Position numbers and translations under genes: made by a program | Assembly: GCA_021432655.1 (NCBI GenBank) | Contig: MU271267.1 | Coordinates: forward strand, 1-64,000 | Length of the DNA stretch: 64,000 bases | Direction: 5' to 3' | From: Atractiella rhizophila | Lineage: Eukaryota | Shown: positions 51,301 through 64,000 of the stretch, piece after piece | Numbering within the stretch: the stretch's first letter is position 1 | Layout of the letters: every line of letters starts with the position of its first letter | Notes under the pieces: generated by a model | Database searches by the model: none | The model's input: the letters and a program-made list of their open reading frames with translations, nothing else | What the model was told of the DNA's origin: nothing

Positions 51301-53607
51301 GGATCCTCGCTGTGGTGTGAATCTGAAGGATGGAATTGATCATACCAATCCCTCTCAGATTTGGGGTGACGTTCGAGCTTTGACGATCATTGGGCGGGTT
51401 GAAGAATTGTGGAGGTCTGGTCTTGACGATGCGACAGCAACTCTACAGCTCTATGACGACTCCAAACTCTCCTTCCGTGCCTCCGCCTGGACAGTTAATG
51501 TCGGTTCCTTCTTCTCAGCCCTCAGAAAGAACGGACCAGCAGACAAGTTTGACGACGAAAACTCCCCTCCAAACCACCGTGCTCCTCCGCCTCCAAACTT
51601 CCAACAGGTTGCTCGAGATGCAGCCGTTCTTCAGAACATCTATCCCCCTCAGCTCTCCTTTCGTGATCAAGTCGATAGTCATATTGCCGAAGCAATCAAT
51701 TGTGCTACCATTGTGGACCAGGAAAGGGACCGGCTCAGGGAACTGTCGTCGGAAGAACAAATGGCTCCGTTAGGAATGCTCGCACTTGGAGGTCATGGTG
51801 AAGGAGAGTTGGAGCCTCAGCCTCAGTTGGAGCAGGACTCGGAGGGTATGGAGATCAATCCGATGGTTCCTTCAGCATCAATGTGGCTCAGTTCAAGAAG
51901 TCGGGAAGAGTTCTATGTTGCAAACAGGATGGAGCTAGGAAGCCCCGTTCATAAGCAACACCTTACTCGTCTTGTCTTCAACCGTGCTGTCGAAACCGGA
52001 TCTAGCGATCGCCTTCACCGCACTCAAGGCGAGACCGTAAATCCAAAATCCGATGCTCACGGAAACTGGACTATTCTGGACCCTCGTCAAGAGATAATGG
52101 AAATAGAACCACTCACAGAAGATGATGTGCTCTCCTGCTCCTCACTCCTTGCCGCTATTGTTCACGCAGGACCTGACGTCGCTCTCCTGGTCACCCAGTT
52201 TGTTGACCTCAACCGAAGAACCTCAAAAAGCAGAGGTACTTCCAAATCTCTCAGCTTGGAACGACAGACGAGAATCTTCTTCTTCGTGTACAACCTGTCC
52301 TCCTTACACAAGCTAGCTCAGATCCAATGTCTGGCCAATCTGTGTGGGAGTGGAAACTTTAAAACTACCTTACAGTTCCTGGGACATCACGAAGCAATGG
52401 AATGCTATCCATATCCAGCCGCCATCTTCTCTTGGTACCGGCAATAGTAACGGAGGACGGCTTGATTTTTGAAACGGATCTTGAGGAGCTCAGGAATAAA
52501 AGCGCAATGCTCATCTTCAGTCCTGAGCCTAGTCTTCCTGCCGACACTATTTCTGCTAAAATGCGAGCGGCTATTGGCTGTACAATAACTTCAAGGATTC
52601 CCGGTTTTCCATATCAAGATTCTTTCGGTACACTCTATCAGTCTAATTCTTGAGGCTATTTGACATGCTGATAACTATTTTGATTGCACAGGAAGGAAAT
52701 CCTTTTTGCCCTCTCAGATTCAAGATGCTCGTAATGCTAAGGGAGAATTGAAGGTAGGGCAGGTTGCATGCGCCGCCGCAGGCTGCCCTGTGGTTGTCCC
52801 TTCCGGCAAACTGATTGCACATGGTTCATACCATGTTGCAATTTGGCTTGCTATTCAGCTTGCAGCAGCTTTACCTCCCGGTTCACCCCTCTCTCCTTAC
52901 GTTAGCCAGTATCCTGGTCTGGCAGTGGCTCCATTTCCTGTTGGGAGTGCAAGACCTAACTCAGGAGTGCCGATTCCTGTAAGTGTTGTTGAATCGGCCA
53001 GTGTGAATATAGCTAGTCATGATTGATCATTGCGATTCAGTCTGTTCAGTTCTATTGTCCGATGTGTCAACAACATGGGAACTGTATCAGCCGAGCCTTT
53101 CCAAAAGGACCGCGATCAAAGAAGACGGAAGCACACAACTTTGCATCAAATTGCCATTCCTTCCGAACAAACCCCAACTCCTCCATCAGCATTGTCAGTC
53201 TCAGCGGGGTCAATAAAACCCAGATTGTGACCTCCAATCCCTGTACCAACCACCCCTTTCCCTGTTTCGGCACAGGATGCACGGATACCTTTTGGAAATA
53301 TGGGTTTAGCTATCACTTCAATGGGGTTCATGGAAGTGAGATCCGGCAGTTTGAGAGAGAAGGGGAGCCAAGAGTTGTGGACAGAGTTGTGGATAGTCAT
53401 CATGAAAAGGATAGGAAGTGGAAGCTTGCCCTCATCAAAGGACCGACCTTGGACGAGCTTTCGCTGGAAATCAGGATTGGAGATGATCTGGTGACTAGTT
53501 GGGCGAGAAAGGGTGCCGAAGGACATCTGGGCAGCACTACTAGCTTAGTTGTGAGTGTCAGAAACTCTTTCGACGCAAAGCTGACATCATTTCGCAGTGT
53601 GGGCTGA
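48375..53607 (+). pseudogene. Large multi-exon P-element-like DDE transposase with Cys/His-rich termini, degenerate
   Basis: Ordered motifs AQDETAC (~50075), SDGDGGRRR (~50480), DPKHIWKR (~50632), DDAQNVPAA (~50790) and GSDRLKDSF (~51150) parallel the P-transposase D, D, DxxH, DxxxVxxA and QDxLE motifs. Introns and frameshifts are present. Confidence 0.55.
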
Positions 53608-54460
53608 GCTCAGTTGTGTGCGGGGACCTTTCACAAAGCTTGTAGTTTAGGGTTATGGGATGTGGTGGGAACCTAAAATTTTTCGAAGTTGCAAAAAATT
53701 TTGCGCTAAACGACTCAATTGTCCCCCTTGTCCCCCTTCGGAGAAAGAGTGTCTTGCCGCCGGCTAATACTGTTGTCATCCCCTTGCTTGGGGGGCTGTT
53801 GTATGGCTGGCGGGAGCCTTCAGCCCAACTCTAAGCTTATTTCGGATGTTCACAGAATTTTCACATGAACCTTGACTAAACTGCTACCAAAGTTACAAAG
53901 CTCAACACCAAGGAAAGCACGGTATGTAGATTGCATAGGTACCAAGCAGCATACATTTTTTTCCTGTTTTGCCATGAAGTGTAGACCATTAAGACTTGGA
54001 TCATATAAACAATCTTAATTGGGTCATATACCATTCAAATATTCACTTTGTTTTAGAATGAGGATTATGGGACGGAGCACTTTGGCATTATTTAGCATCA
54101 TTTAAAGATAATTGGAAGGCTGAAAGTCCAAAGTATATTTGTAGACCCCTTCGGAGGGTTTCAGATCACCTGATGGAACAAAGATCCCTACAAATTAGCA
54201 CTCAGTTTTTGTTCAAGGAAATGAAAACGGACAGTAATCGTCGCAAACCTGTAATGTAGTACTGGAAATTATCTATGCTATGTTTGTTACCTCAAGCTTG
54301 TATGCTGCTTTGGTCCTACAATGAAGTGCAAATCCAAAGAAGTATGACTCCTTTCTGAGCTCATTACCCTGCTGCAAATCCAACATTGGGAAATCTTCCG
54401 AAATTAACCATACTGCAATTTGTGGAATGAGCAATAGTTGTAGCACCTGGTGATTAGTCC

Positions 54461-54904
54461 TGTCAGGCTTGCCCCTACGCATTACTGAAATACGCCATGT
54501 GAAGTCACATAACCTACTTTACTACTTCACCATAAGATCACGTGCTTACCTTTCGCCGCTTTGCTCATGCCCGTGTTGTCCGCCGCTTTCCCCTTTTCTC
54601 ACACGGATCGCCGCTCAGCAAACCTTATACATTTCGCCACTCTGCAACGTCCCATTTTTGCCATATTATCCTTTCTCATTAGTGTTACTCAGTATATCTT
54701 ATTTCCGAGTATTCCTTTTATTGCTTTCCTGATCTAGCTATCTTACGTGTTTCAAGAAACATATGTTACAGTTTATAGCAGTGCTTTTACATATGTATAT
54801 ATACATCAAGATGTAGTGGTGGTGACCTTAGAGTATTCTCTTAGGTTTACCTCCACTACAGACACATCGCCCGTCGGCAACTGCACATAGTGTTTGCCCT
54901 AACA
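54461..54904 (+). mobile_element. Solo LTR, family B
   Basis: tgtcaggcttgcccc...cctaaca; reverse-complement homolog of 20818-21258. AGTCC occurs on both sides (right copy offset by one A). Confidence 0.85.
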
Positions 54905-54909
54905 AAGTC

Positions 54910-55700
54910 CATAATGGTTTTGTTTGTTGAAAATCAATGCTGTCAGATTCCCATTCTTGATGTAGAATGGATTCGATAATTGATGCACCTTGAAGGCCAT
55001 AGCTATGTAATGATCTACTTAGGGGCATTATTCAAATGTTAGGATGAGTAGCATACTATCCAGCTCCAATAGATAATCACTATTATACTGCCATTGCTTG
55101 TCCCATAATCGTGTCTGTAGGGATCCTCCAAACGTGTCCTGTACTTGTTTGAACATGAAAAGATTTCCAAGGTCATCCATGTTCTCCGATTTCTGCTTGA
55201 CCATCAATTTGCAGCGTCTTCCAAGTGCAGCAGGTAAGAGCATGAACTGAGCAGGTTATTACAACGTACCTATAAAGTCCGCCCAGTTTACTGATGATGG
55301 CCAGCCCTTTTCCTTTACTTTGGGGATGATAGTCTGAAGCACGTCATGAGAAAAGCAAAATTCACAGCATTTTCCCAATGAGAGATTGACATGTTTTGGA
55401 TTCAACAGATTTGGATTCGGTTACGCATCTTCATCGACCAACAGTCTTTGCAGTTTTTCCCTTAATGATTTAGGAAATACTGAAGGCAAATATACATCAC
55501 AGAAGGGGCACACTGCTTTTCTAAGAATGTTTTGAATAAGCCAATAAATTGTATCTCAACTGAATCATGGTACCAGCGACTCACCGTTCTTTTGCAGTTG
55601 CAAGGGCAGCTGTATCCTCTTCATACTCCTTCTGCTCATCTTCATGATTTCCTTCATCCTGGATGCCAGAACCAGAACCGGAAGCCTTTGGAGAAGAAAG
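54910..55700 (-). pseudogene. Degenerate gene segment with an RTC4-like Cys/His pattern
   Basis: Minus strand reads CPFCDVYLP...CCEFCFSH...KGWPSSVNW with stops; resemblance judged by eye. Confidence 0.4.
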
Positions 55701-55996
55701 TGATTGTTCAGGTTTGGATATAGCTTTTAAGCCCAAGAGCATGCAGGTTTGCTGGCATTGATGTAAATGTTCAAAGCTTAAGATAGCTTCTGGCGAATAT
55801 TGTAAGCCCAGATGCCTATCTGAATATGTTAGAACAATAATACGGAAAGAAAATTCTACCCATTGAGGTTATCACCACAAATCACTAACACATCTGTAAT
55901 GTATGGCCAGACTACTGTGTTAATTGTATTAGATGTCAATAGCCATTAAGATCAAGTTGACATTACCCTGCAAGTCACAAATTAACATTGACCCCT

Positions 55997-56394
55997 TGTC
56001 AGGTTTGCATCTTACGCAAATCGGCGCCCGTTCGCCGGATTGCATCTCCTATCGCCCATTTGCGTTCCCTGCGAATCGGCGCCCGTTCGCCCATTTGCAC
56101 CTACATCACCACTTAGCCCAATTGTGCCTATCCTCTTCTTATTAACTCCATGTAATCCCACTGTCACTTCCCCTTTTTAGTTCTCTTACATGTTTCATCT
56201 GCTCTCCTCTACGCTCTGTGGCAGTGTTATTCCGCTTGTATATATAGATCTGAGAGTAGTGGAGGTGACCTTAGAGTATTCTCTTAGGTTTATCTCCACT
56301 ACAGGTTAGTCTTCACGTCATATCATGCTCTTAGGTTTATCTCCACTACAGACGCATCGCCTGACGGCGACCGCACATAGTGTCAGCCCTAACA
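55997..56394 (+). mobile_element. Solo LTR, family A (left member of the inverted pair)
   Basis: tgtcagg...cctaaca; flanks are CCCCT (left) and AAGCC (right), which do not match each other. Confidence 0.9.
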
Positions 56395-57865
56395 AAGCCG
56401 CAAGCCTTATCAATAGCTCTAGCAATGAACCAATGGATATATGGGCTGTAATCGATCCAGTTTGTGCAGATACAACATACGGGGAACTTATGAACTTTGC
56501 CTTCAAAGTCTCAATTTGAAGATTTCCCACCTAGCAGGACACATTCTACCTCTTTACGAATCATGCGTTCACCTTTTAAGCGTTCAAGGTGTTCGTTTGT
56601 CACTTCCTCCAAACAATGCCACACCATTTCGATATATTCTGGAGAAAGCTGGATTCAATTTCCCTTCATCCATAGAAGCGAAGACAAATGCCAAGGCCAA
56701 AATGAAGAAGTTGGTTCTTAAGAACGAATACGTGCGGTCATGCTAATCTCTGCTGACAATTGGTTATACCTATTCGAGCATGCAGTAGAGAAGGATACTA
56801 TTCATAATGAAGACCATCTATTTGACGACGATAGGAACATGGTTGGAAATAATGAGGATGAGATTAGAGATGGGATTGGAGATGGAAGGAGGAAGAGGGG
56901 CTTCTCACAGCTTTCTATCTCTCCGGGCACTCAGAGTCCACCAAGGAAGGTTGTGAATAATTTCAAACCCTTTCCAGATCATTCTATTCCATCAAGCTCT
57001 CGACCTAAACCAACTCTCCCCCCTCAGCTAGTTGATCATTTCGATTCTGATGCGCTACCTCTGCTTTCTCCGACCTTACTCCAATTTGAAGAGCGGAAAC
57101 AGGGATCAGCTTCGGCTGCTGATGATGTCTTGCCACCTTGGTTATCTCATGGGGCGTCATGATCAGATTTATTCCGATCCAACCATCAACGTTAGAAGAA
57201 CTATTGCGACAAGACTCACCTTCACCCTTTCTATCTATGTTTTCCTTTACAACAGCACAATTGATTATCTCACAGCGTAAAGGAGGGCGAGGAGCTAGTG
57301 AGGTGGCTTTGGCAGGTTGGTTGCAGGAAGATGGATGTTTGGATCAGAAAGAGGTAGTAGTAATCAAGAAATGGATTAAGGTTGTTGGAGTGGGGAAAAG
57401 GGGGAAAGGGATAATGGCTTCCTGGAAGTATGTTGACAGTTGCCGAAAGCAAAGAGGTTATTTCTTCCACAATATTCAAGCTTTTCGTCGTACCCATAGT
57501 CTGTTTGAATGAATCATCAACCAGTCACTTTCTCGTAAATTATGAGTACGAGCAGACCAGCAGCATAACTTTCCACAACTCCTCCCACCACTTGCCACAC
57601 CTATTGCCGCTACTTACGACTGGTCCCACTGGCAGCTAGAGGGAATGGAAAAAAAAGAAGGCTTGGCACTTCAATATATGCTTCTTGAACCAAACCTAGA
57701 GAGTGTTTTCAAGATGGGAGAGAAGTGGACAAAGTGGATTGATGCCAGTTCAAACATCAACATTGTGATTGAGCCATCAGAAAAGGTGACTGACTTTCTG
57801 AAGATTTTAAAAGGGTAGATGTCTTACTAGGTTTACAACACGCCATATATGAGATTACAAAGGGG

Positions 57866-58237
57866 TGTTAGGGCTGACACTATGTGCGGTCGCCGTCAGG
57901 CAATGCGTCTGTAGTGGAGATAAACCTAAGAGCATGATATGACGTGAAGACTAACCTGTGGTGGAGATAAACCTAAGAGAATGCTCTAAGGTCACCTCCA
58001 CTACTCTAGATCTATATATACAAGCGGGATAACACTGCCACAGAGCGTAGAGGAGAGCAGATGAAACATGTAAGAGAACTAAAAAGGGGAAGTGACAGTG
58101 GGATTACGTGGAGTTAATAAGAAGAGGATAGGCACAATTGGGCTAAGTGGTGATGTAGGTGCAAATAGGTGCAAATCGGCGACGGGACACGCAGAGTGGC
58201 GAACGGGCGCTGATTTGCGTAAGATGCAAACCTGACA
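57866..58237 (-). mobile_element. Solo LTR, family A (right member of the inverted pair)
   Basis: tgttaggg...cctgaca; flanks are AGGGG (left) and GGCTT (right), the reverse complements of the partner's flanks. Confidence 0.9.
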
Positions 58238-58899
58238 GGCTTACGGTGTTCTTGACGACTATACCATGGGTTGCGTTCCATGTATCATAAAAAAGCTGGA
58301 CAAAGAGAGACTCTGTAACATCTTTCCACGTTCTAGGGCCTACTGACTGATCAAGCATGGATATCTTCTTAGTGAGTGCAACCTTCTTGCCATCGTATTG
58401 ACTATAAGCCAAATTGGTAACACTTGACTGATAGAGTACAGGTCCTCCTGGAATAGTGGCTTGCTGGATTCCTAATATTACCTCATTACTACGGAATGCT
58501 TCTATATTGCTTTCATATGGAACACACCTGGAATAGCATTTTGTCGGGACTTCTGGGTTTGGCTTGATAGCTGCTTGATATCGAACTTGGATTCTACAGA
58601 TCCTGCAGAGCATGAACACAGACCCTAACAATATTTAAATATCACCCACCTCTTCCTCTTATATTTGGTAGTACCGTTAAATTGCCAACATCTACAGGTT
58701 CCTTGTTTCTTCTTTTCCACTCATCAAAACAAGCCTGACGCCAATGTCGTATCTCCTCTTATGATCCAGCTCCGCCTTTCACTGCGACCAGATCTGAGAG
58801 GTGATATAAATCTTTTGGCTTCCGGCAGCTACTTTTCTGACATCGATGATATGTTTGTCCTGGAAGAACAGTAAGTTCACCGACATCTACAGGGTTCAT

Positions 58900-60780
58900 C
58901 ATTGGCCCAATCTTGACTGATGGATCATCACAAAAATTTGAGGCTAGATAGGGAGACTTCAAATTGAGGCGGTTGTCTCTGACTACAGCAGTTGTGGCTG
59001 AAGCTTTTGTTATCTAGTTTTCAATTTCATCCACTTCATATGCCTCCTACGAGAGAAAGAGCATGTCCTGCTCTGCCTGCAGGCTTCGATACTACCTCAA
59101 GCTCTACTTCTTGGCCAAAGCAGAAAAATCAATATAGTGTTAAACGTAAGTGTCTTAATATGTGTAAATGTTATAGTGCTCAACTCTTACATATGACTGT
59201 AGGGAGTAGTACTATTCTAGTACCTTTGATCAAGAAATATCAGCAGAAGGCGAAACTGAGGGAAACTCGCTCATGTTAATTAATGCAGAGCTAGCAAAGA
59301 TGAAGGAGAATTCCATCAGGTGAATAGTGATACTCTCAAAGCGAATGTTAGCCTGATTGGGTTTAAGTCTATCACATTTACAGCAAGTTAAAAGGAGTGA
59401 AAATCTTCAAGGCGGTTCTTGGCACCAAACAGACGAGTCTTGGAAACTGTATGTCTGGAGTTCATGACCAGGTTTCCAAATATCAGGAGTGGGCTACTTC
59501 TTTCTCATCTACGTCAACAGATGATTCTGATTCCTAGGTATGTTGTAACCCCGAATAGATGTAACCTAATCATTTCGACGGCCATAGTGACACTGTGCGA
59601 GGGTTTGTAAGAGAAAATAAGTTGGATAGTTCTATGCCCAATAAAGAGTTGACGCCCGCAAACGTTTCTGGCTTGTTGGAAAGAATGATCGCTGGACATT
59701 CGATCAACATGACAAGGTCGGTTAAATATCCATAGTCCTTAGGGTTAATTAAGGCTGACTAGTACCTTTATGTATGGAGCTGAAACGATTCGATATTCAT
59801 TTTCATGTTGGAATTGAGCATATTCTGGTAAGATAATGTGACTGAGAGTTGGACGTTCCAACCATCCTCGACTTATTGCCAGCTATTACTTCGACTGTGT
59901 GCATACTACTGATCCAAACCGCAACAGTATGCCTCTTCTTTATTTTACGACTCCAAAATTAGAAGATACTTCAGTTATTCCTACAGGAACACAATCTGAT
60001 CGAGGTACAGACAATCATGGTATTTGCAATGCTCAGACCTTGATGTGATGAATGATGGAAAATAATGGGTCCGAAGGACCTCTGATCTTATATCACAAGT
60101 TTCTCTTTGGCCATGGAAATATCAAACCTGAGAGTTTGTGGAGCTTTCTTCAAAGATATCTCTTCAATATGTTGGAGTTCCTTCTACAATGGGTAGTGGA
60201 GAATGGTATTTATGACCCAGAAGAGGTTCTGAATTTCCTGAAGCCTTTCCTGACTTAGCGATAGATTTCTTTTTCGTACCTTGGTAATGCCATGGATCCA
60301 GCAAATTCTAGATGAAGAAGAAGCACAATACAGCAATAAGAAGAAGAGGTTTCAAAAACATAAGGCTTTACCACAAGGTCACGCTCCTAATACAATGTAT
60401 GATCATGCTGATCGATTTGGCGGTCTTGATCTAACTGTGGGTCTCATTATAGTCTATAGTAAACTGACTTCTCCTGGGGTTATAGCTTCAAGTACCCAGA
60501 AATATTGTCAATGCAGTTCAAGCCGAAATATGTCCTCCAGATCATCAATGCTTCTACCTCTATCCTGCCTCCTTTAAAGAACGATACCATGGCGCATAGC
60601 ATGTATGAAGACTGGGAGAGTGGTCATGATGGAAGTGATGAGAGTACCGATTTTTGGGAATAATGTGAACAGGAAAGAGTTTTTAAAAAAATACTTGGAG
60701 TAAAGCAAGTGGCCAATTACCATAATTGTACGATGCCTCGCCTTTGCCTGTATCATGACTTTGTAACTTTATCGTCCAGT
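58900..60780 (+). pseudogene. Degenerate integrase-core DDE transposase (IS3EU-like)
   Basis: NDRWTFDQHDK (59686-59716), QSDRGTDN (59992-60015) and NIKPESLWS (~60120) give a D, D, E triad; introns and stops present. Confidence 0.6.
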
Positions 60781-60799
60781 TCAATAGTCATTTTTCTAT

Positions 60800-63700
60800 C
60801 AGAATCATGTTGGAGGAGCAAGCAAATAGATTAGCAAACTGTAAGATTGAGCATATATCCTCTCCGTACTTGATGTGACAAGTATTGGATAAGGGGAGCA
60901 TTGGGATTACATCGCAGGAGAGTTAGACTACAACTCTCTAACCTTATCACCTGATAAACCAACCTATATCTTGTTCATGTACCATGGGAACGAATCCTCA
61001 ATTGCCTTTCCATCCCATCCAGGAGCTTCAATTACATCAATCTCGGTCTGAAACTGACGAACTTTGCATAGAAGATGTTCCACATTGGTAGGAGAAGGCT
61101 CAACCATGTTCTAACTTCGGGAGAGAGGCCTTTTTCAGAACACAGTTATTGAAGGATAAAAGTAAATAGATTGCCTAAATCCACATATGCCCTTCAGGCA
61201 GAAGTTGTCGCAGAATAACTCGTGAGCCAGGTGTAGTATTGTTAGGAGAAGACATTAGAGTAGCCAGGTCGTTAATTTCTGCTTGCTGACAGAACCCAAG
61301 ATCAGCTAAATCATGACACAGATGCAGCAGACTTGGTCCTGATCCAAAAGGCGGGATATCCAGTGAGCTATCAGTGTTTCATGATCTTCCAACTAGGCAA
61401 ATCGGTAGAGGAATTCTGAGCTCGTTTGTCCCAGTGGAGGCTCGCTGCCCAAGTCTTCTGCACCTGTTCAGGAAGTGCCCTGTGGCCTCCTATCCACCGA
61501 CATGTTTGACCATAAATTGAAGGATTTCAATAATTCTCCTGATAGCGACCATAGGCATCAGTTTTGACCCAGTCTTGAACCGCCCTCAGTACATTCTCAA
61601 CTGATTCAAAGGGTTCAGGATGGGAATCGAGAAAGTGATTTGTAAAATGACCCTGTCTAGTTCCTTGGAGGAATAGAAGGTTGAAAAAGAATAAGTGGGA
61701 AGACCTGTTCAAAACACTCCAGCGTGTATGGAATATAAGAGCCTGAGCAATCCTACTTCTCTTCGGTTGATACCGATCAGGATTAGATGCAATCGCTTTG
61801 CCAACATTTGAAGATGGTGAACAGTTATCTTGAGCAAGGAAAGCATGGATCAGATAATTGTTCAAAGTTCCCAAGTTGATGTGATAATGGGGAGTGGATG
61901 CAGATGGTGGTAAATCGAGAAGATGAGTGTCTGGAACAGTTTTCCTTATTCGATTCCTATTGTTTTGTAGATTGCTCACTTAGTAGCTGTTTTCTGGCAT
62001 ATTTTTTTGTTCAGAAGGATCAGTTGTAGCACCTTGATAGATCTGATGGATCAATGTGGCGAGTCTGGAGATGGTGTTTAAGGTTTTATCATCAAGCTCA
62101 AGATGAGCTAACACGTTATAGTCATCAGATATGGGTTCTGCCTTCCTTCCAAGAACCTGAGATTTGGCCTCACTCGTTGTGAACAATAAACAACATGGAT
62201 GAAAACAAACTTCTTGAACAGCAGCCGTCCAAAAGATGTCCTCTTTCTTATGGCCCAGTTTCCAGAAAGCTGTGATCAAACACCATCTTGGAAGCTCTCT
62301 GCTTAACCAGTCCTCAAAATCACTAGTCTTTTTTACAGGTTGACCAGTATCAGTACGATCATGATTTCATAGGATGGGGTAGACAAACCCTTGTAATAAG
62401 GTGTGGATGAAAAGAGTGATAAATGTTTGGCGGAAACAACTGTCTTTCATTGCTTTTGGACCTTGAGGTAGGTTTCCAATTGGTTGGAGACAAACAATCC
62501 CTATAGTCTTTGAATGGCGAACTGAAGCAGGAAAGATTGAGAAAAGATCAAAAGTCGACGGGGTAGATCTCTTGTCTGTTGAGTCTGACCGCACTTGTCA
62601 AGGTGACCAAGCATTTGACGCCCATAGTCTAAATACTGAGAAAGTGCGGGATCTAACACCTCTGCTGTATCGTTCTCACTTCCAAGGACTGAAAAGACCC
62701 AACCAGCCATGGCAGGAGCTTGAATCAATGTCTAGTGATGTATTCTTCGTCTGAAGGAGAGTTGGACATATTTTGCAAAGCGAAAGAGGATGTGAGCCGT
62801 AGATTCAACAGTCTGTGCTACTTCAATCTTTGTAGCCAAATCGAAAAGATGGACAGGGGACTTGAAGGTACCGATTAACTGGGACTGCTCATCAGAGCGT
62901 TCCATTGAGAGCAAGAGATTTGAGATGGCAGGAATATTGTCCAATCTGATCAGTGACTGGTCCATTGACAGAACGCCTTCCAAATCTTTCAGCTTTCTGC
63001 TCTTGAGCGATTTTCCAGCCGCATAGTATCCCTTGATACCTTCAAGCTCCTCTTGAAGGCAATCAAGACTGAGATCCTTTGTAAAGAAATCCATATTCAC
63101 TGGATGCTTAATGTGGATAGGGACATTGGTTCGTGATTGAGAGAGAGCTGCAGCTTTTCTGTTTGCCTTTGTTGATGTTTTTACTCTCTTTTGTCCCTGA
63201 TATAGCTATGTTGATATAAGCAAAATTTCCATACCTTTTTAAGCCAGCGAAAGTGTTTGCTTACATCTTGATCTAAATCAGCCGAGTCTTCAGCTGCTTC
63301 TCCCAAGGTGTTTGCCTTCCACTATGACTGGATTAGTTGATACTCTGAAGAAATTACAAAATATGGTACCTGACCTGTAAAGTGATTATGAACATGCTGG
63401 AGAATATATTTAGGCTGAGAGATACAAATAAAAATGGCAGAGGTTTGTTGACACGTACTGTAGAGATTCATTAAGTCCTCTCAACCGTTCCACCTCCTTG
63501 ACTAAACGTAGATATACCACATTTCCAGATATTCCCAAGGTATGCTCGTCCACATTTCCGACCAACGTGATCTCAGAACGAGATAAGTGCTTAATGGTGT
63601 CTGAACACATAAGACTGTCGTATTGATGGAGGGTGGCATGACGGCAGAGTCTGGTAGATGGCTGTGGGGCGTAATGGCTGCCAGGGGAGATTGTGTTGGC

Positions 63701-63900
63701 ATTAGGACGGTGAGATGTTCATATGGGTCATAACCTGTACATTCCACCAATTAATTCATGATTATGAAGAGAATGTGATAAAATACCATACCTTCCCCTA
63801 AATCATCCAAGCCATTGTTATCACTCCATATTTCTTCTTCCTCATCTGAAAGGGATATAGTATTCGAGCGTTTAGTAGCAGACATGTATGTCTCAGCTTT
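60800..63900 (-). pseudogene. Fragmented minus-strand coding remnant of unknown function, possibly the partner gene of the IS3EU-like element
   Basis: A run of same-strand ORF pieces (61527-63100) separated by stops; no motif recognised. Confidence 0.3.
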
Positions 63901-64000
63901 AAAGGTATTTGTCAGAATGAAGGAGATTGTCGAGTTGAAAAAAAATGAAGTAGGGAAGTAGGCAACACACGTGAGCAAGTTCACTTTGTAATTCCACAAC

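Noticed and set aside
47735..54235. ccgttttc (~47741) and gaaaacgg (~54223) as TIRs of the P-like element
   Set aside because: Only an 8-bp match, not extendable, and no flanking target duplication could be identified.
38840..58000. Repeated cttaggtttatctccactaca units with a short spacer, superficially CRISPR-like
   Set aside because: At most two units per locus, spacers are homologous between loci, all lie inside TG...CA LTRs, and there are no cas genes.

Overview
Eukaryotic, most likely basidiomycete fungal, accessory DNA (short GT-AG introns of about 50-85 nt, fungal-type transposons). The left ~39 kb is a tandem array of a ~5-7 kb unit. Each unit carries an intronless + strand gene with the layout [unrecognised ~180-aa N-terminal domain]-[F-box]-[LRR-like solenoid], next to a co-duplicated - strand gene that is decayed in every copy. 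Six F-box/LRR copies are present: three intact and three broken by deletion, frameshift or nonsense. Their differences cluster at the exposed x positions of LxxLxL strands, and one copy is a mosaic of two others, as expected of a diversifying recognition-receptor family. Decayed fragments of HSP104 and of a conserved RS-rich protein lie between the units. The array also holds a 6.9-kb two-gene DNA transposon with a CACTA/EnSpm-like transposase but a 12-bp non-CACTA TIR and a 7-bp TSD. The right ~25 kb is a TE graveyard: a Helitron fragment carrying nested solo LTRs and a Tad1-like LINE (TSDs readable, Helitron frame rebuildable), a Gypsy RT fragment, P-like and IS3EU-like transposase relics, and two inverted solo LTRs whose swapped TSDs record a 1.5-kb inversion. 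No RNA genes or CRISPR arrays were seen. All family assignments come from motif recognition by eye, not database searches.
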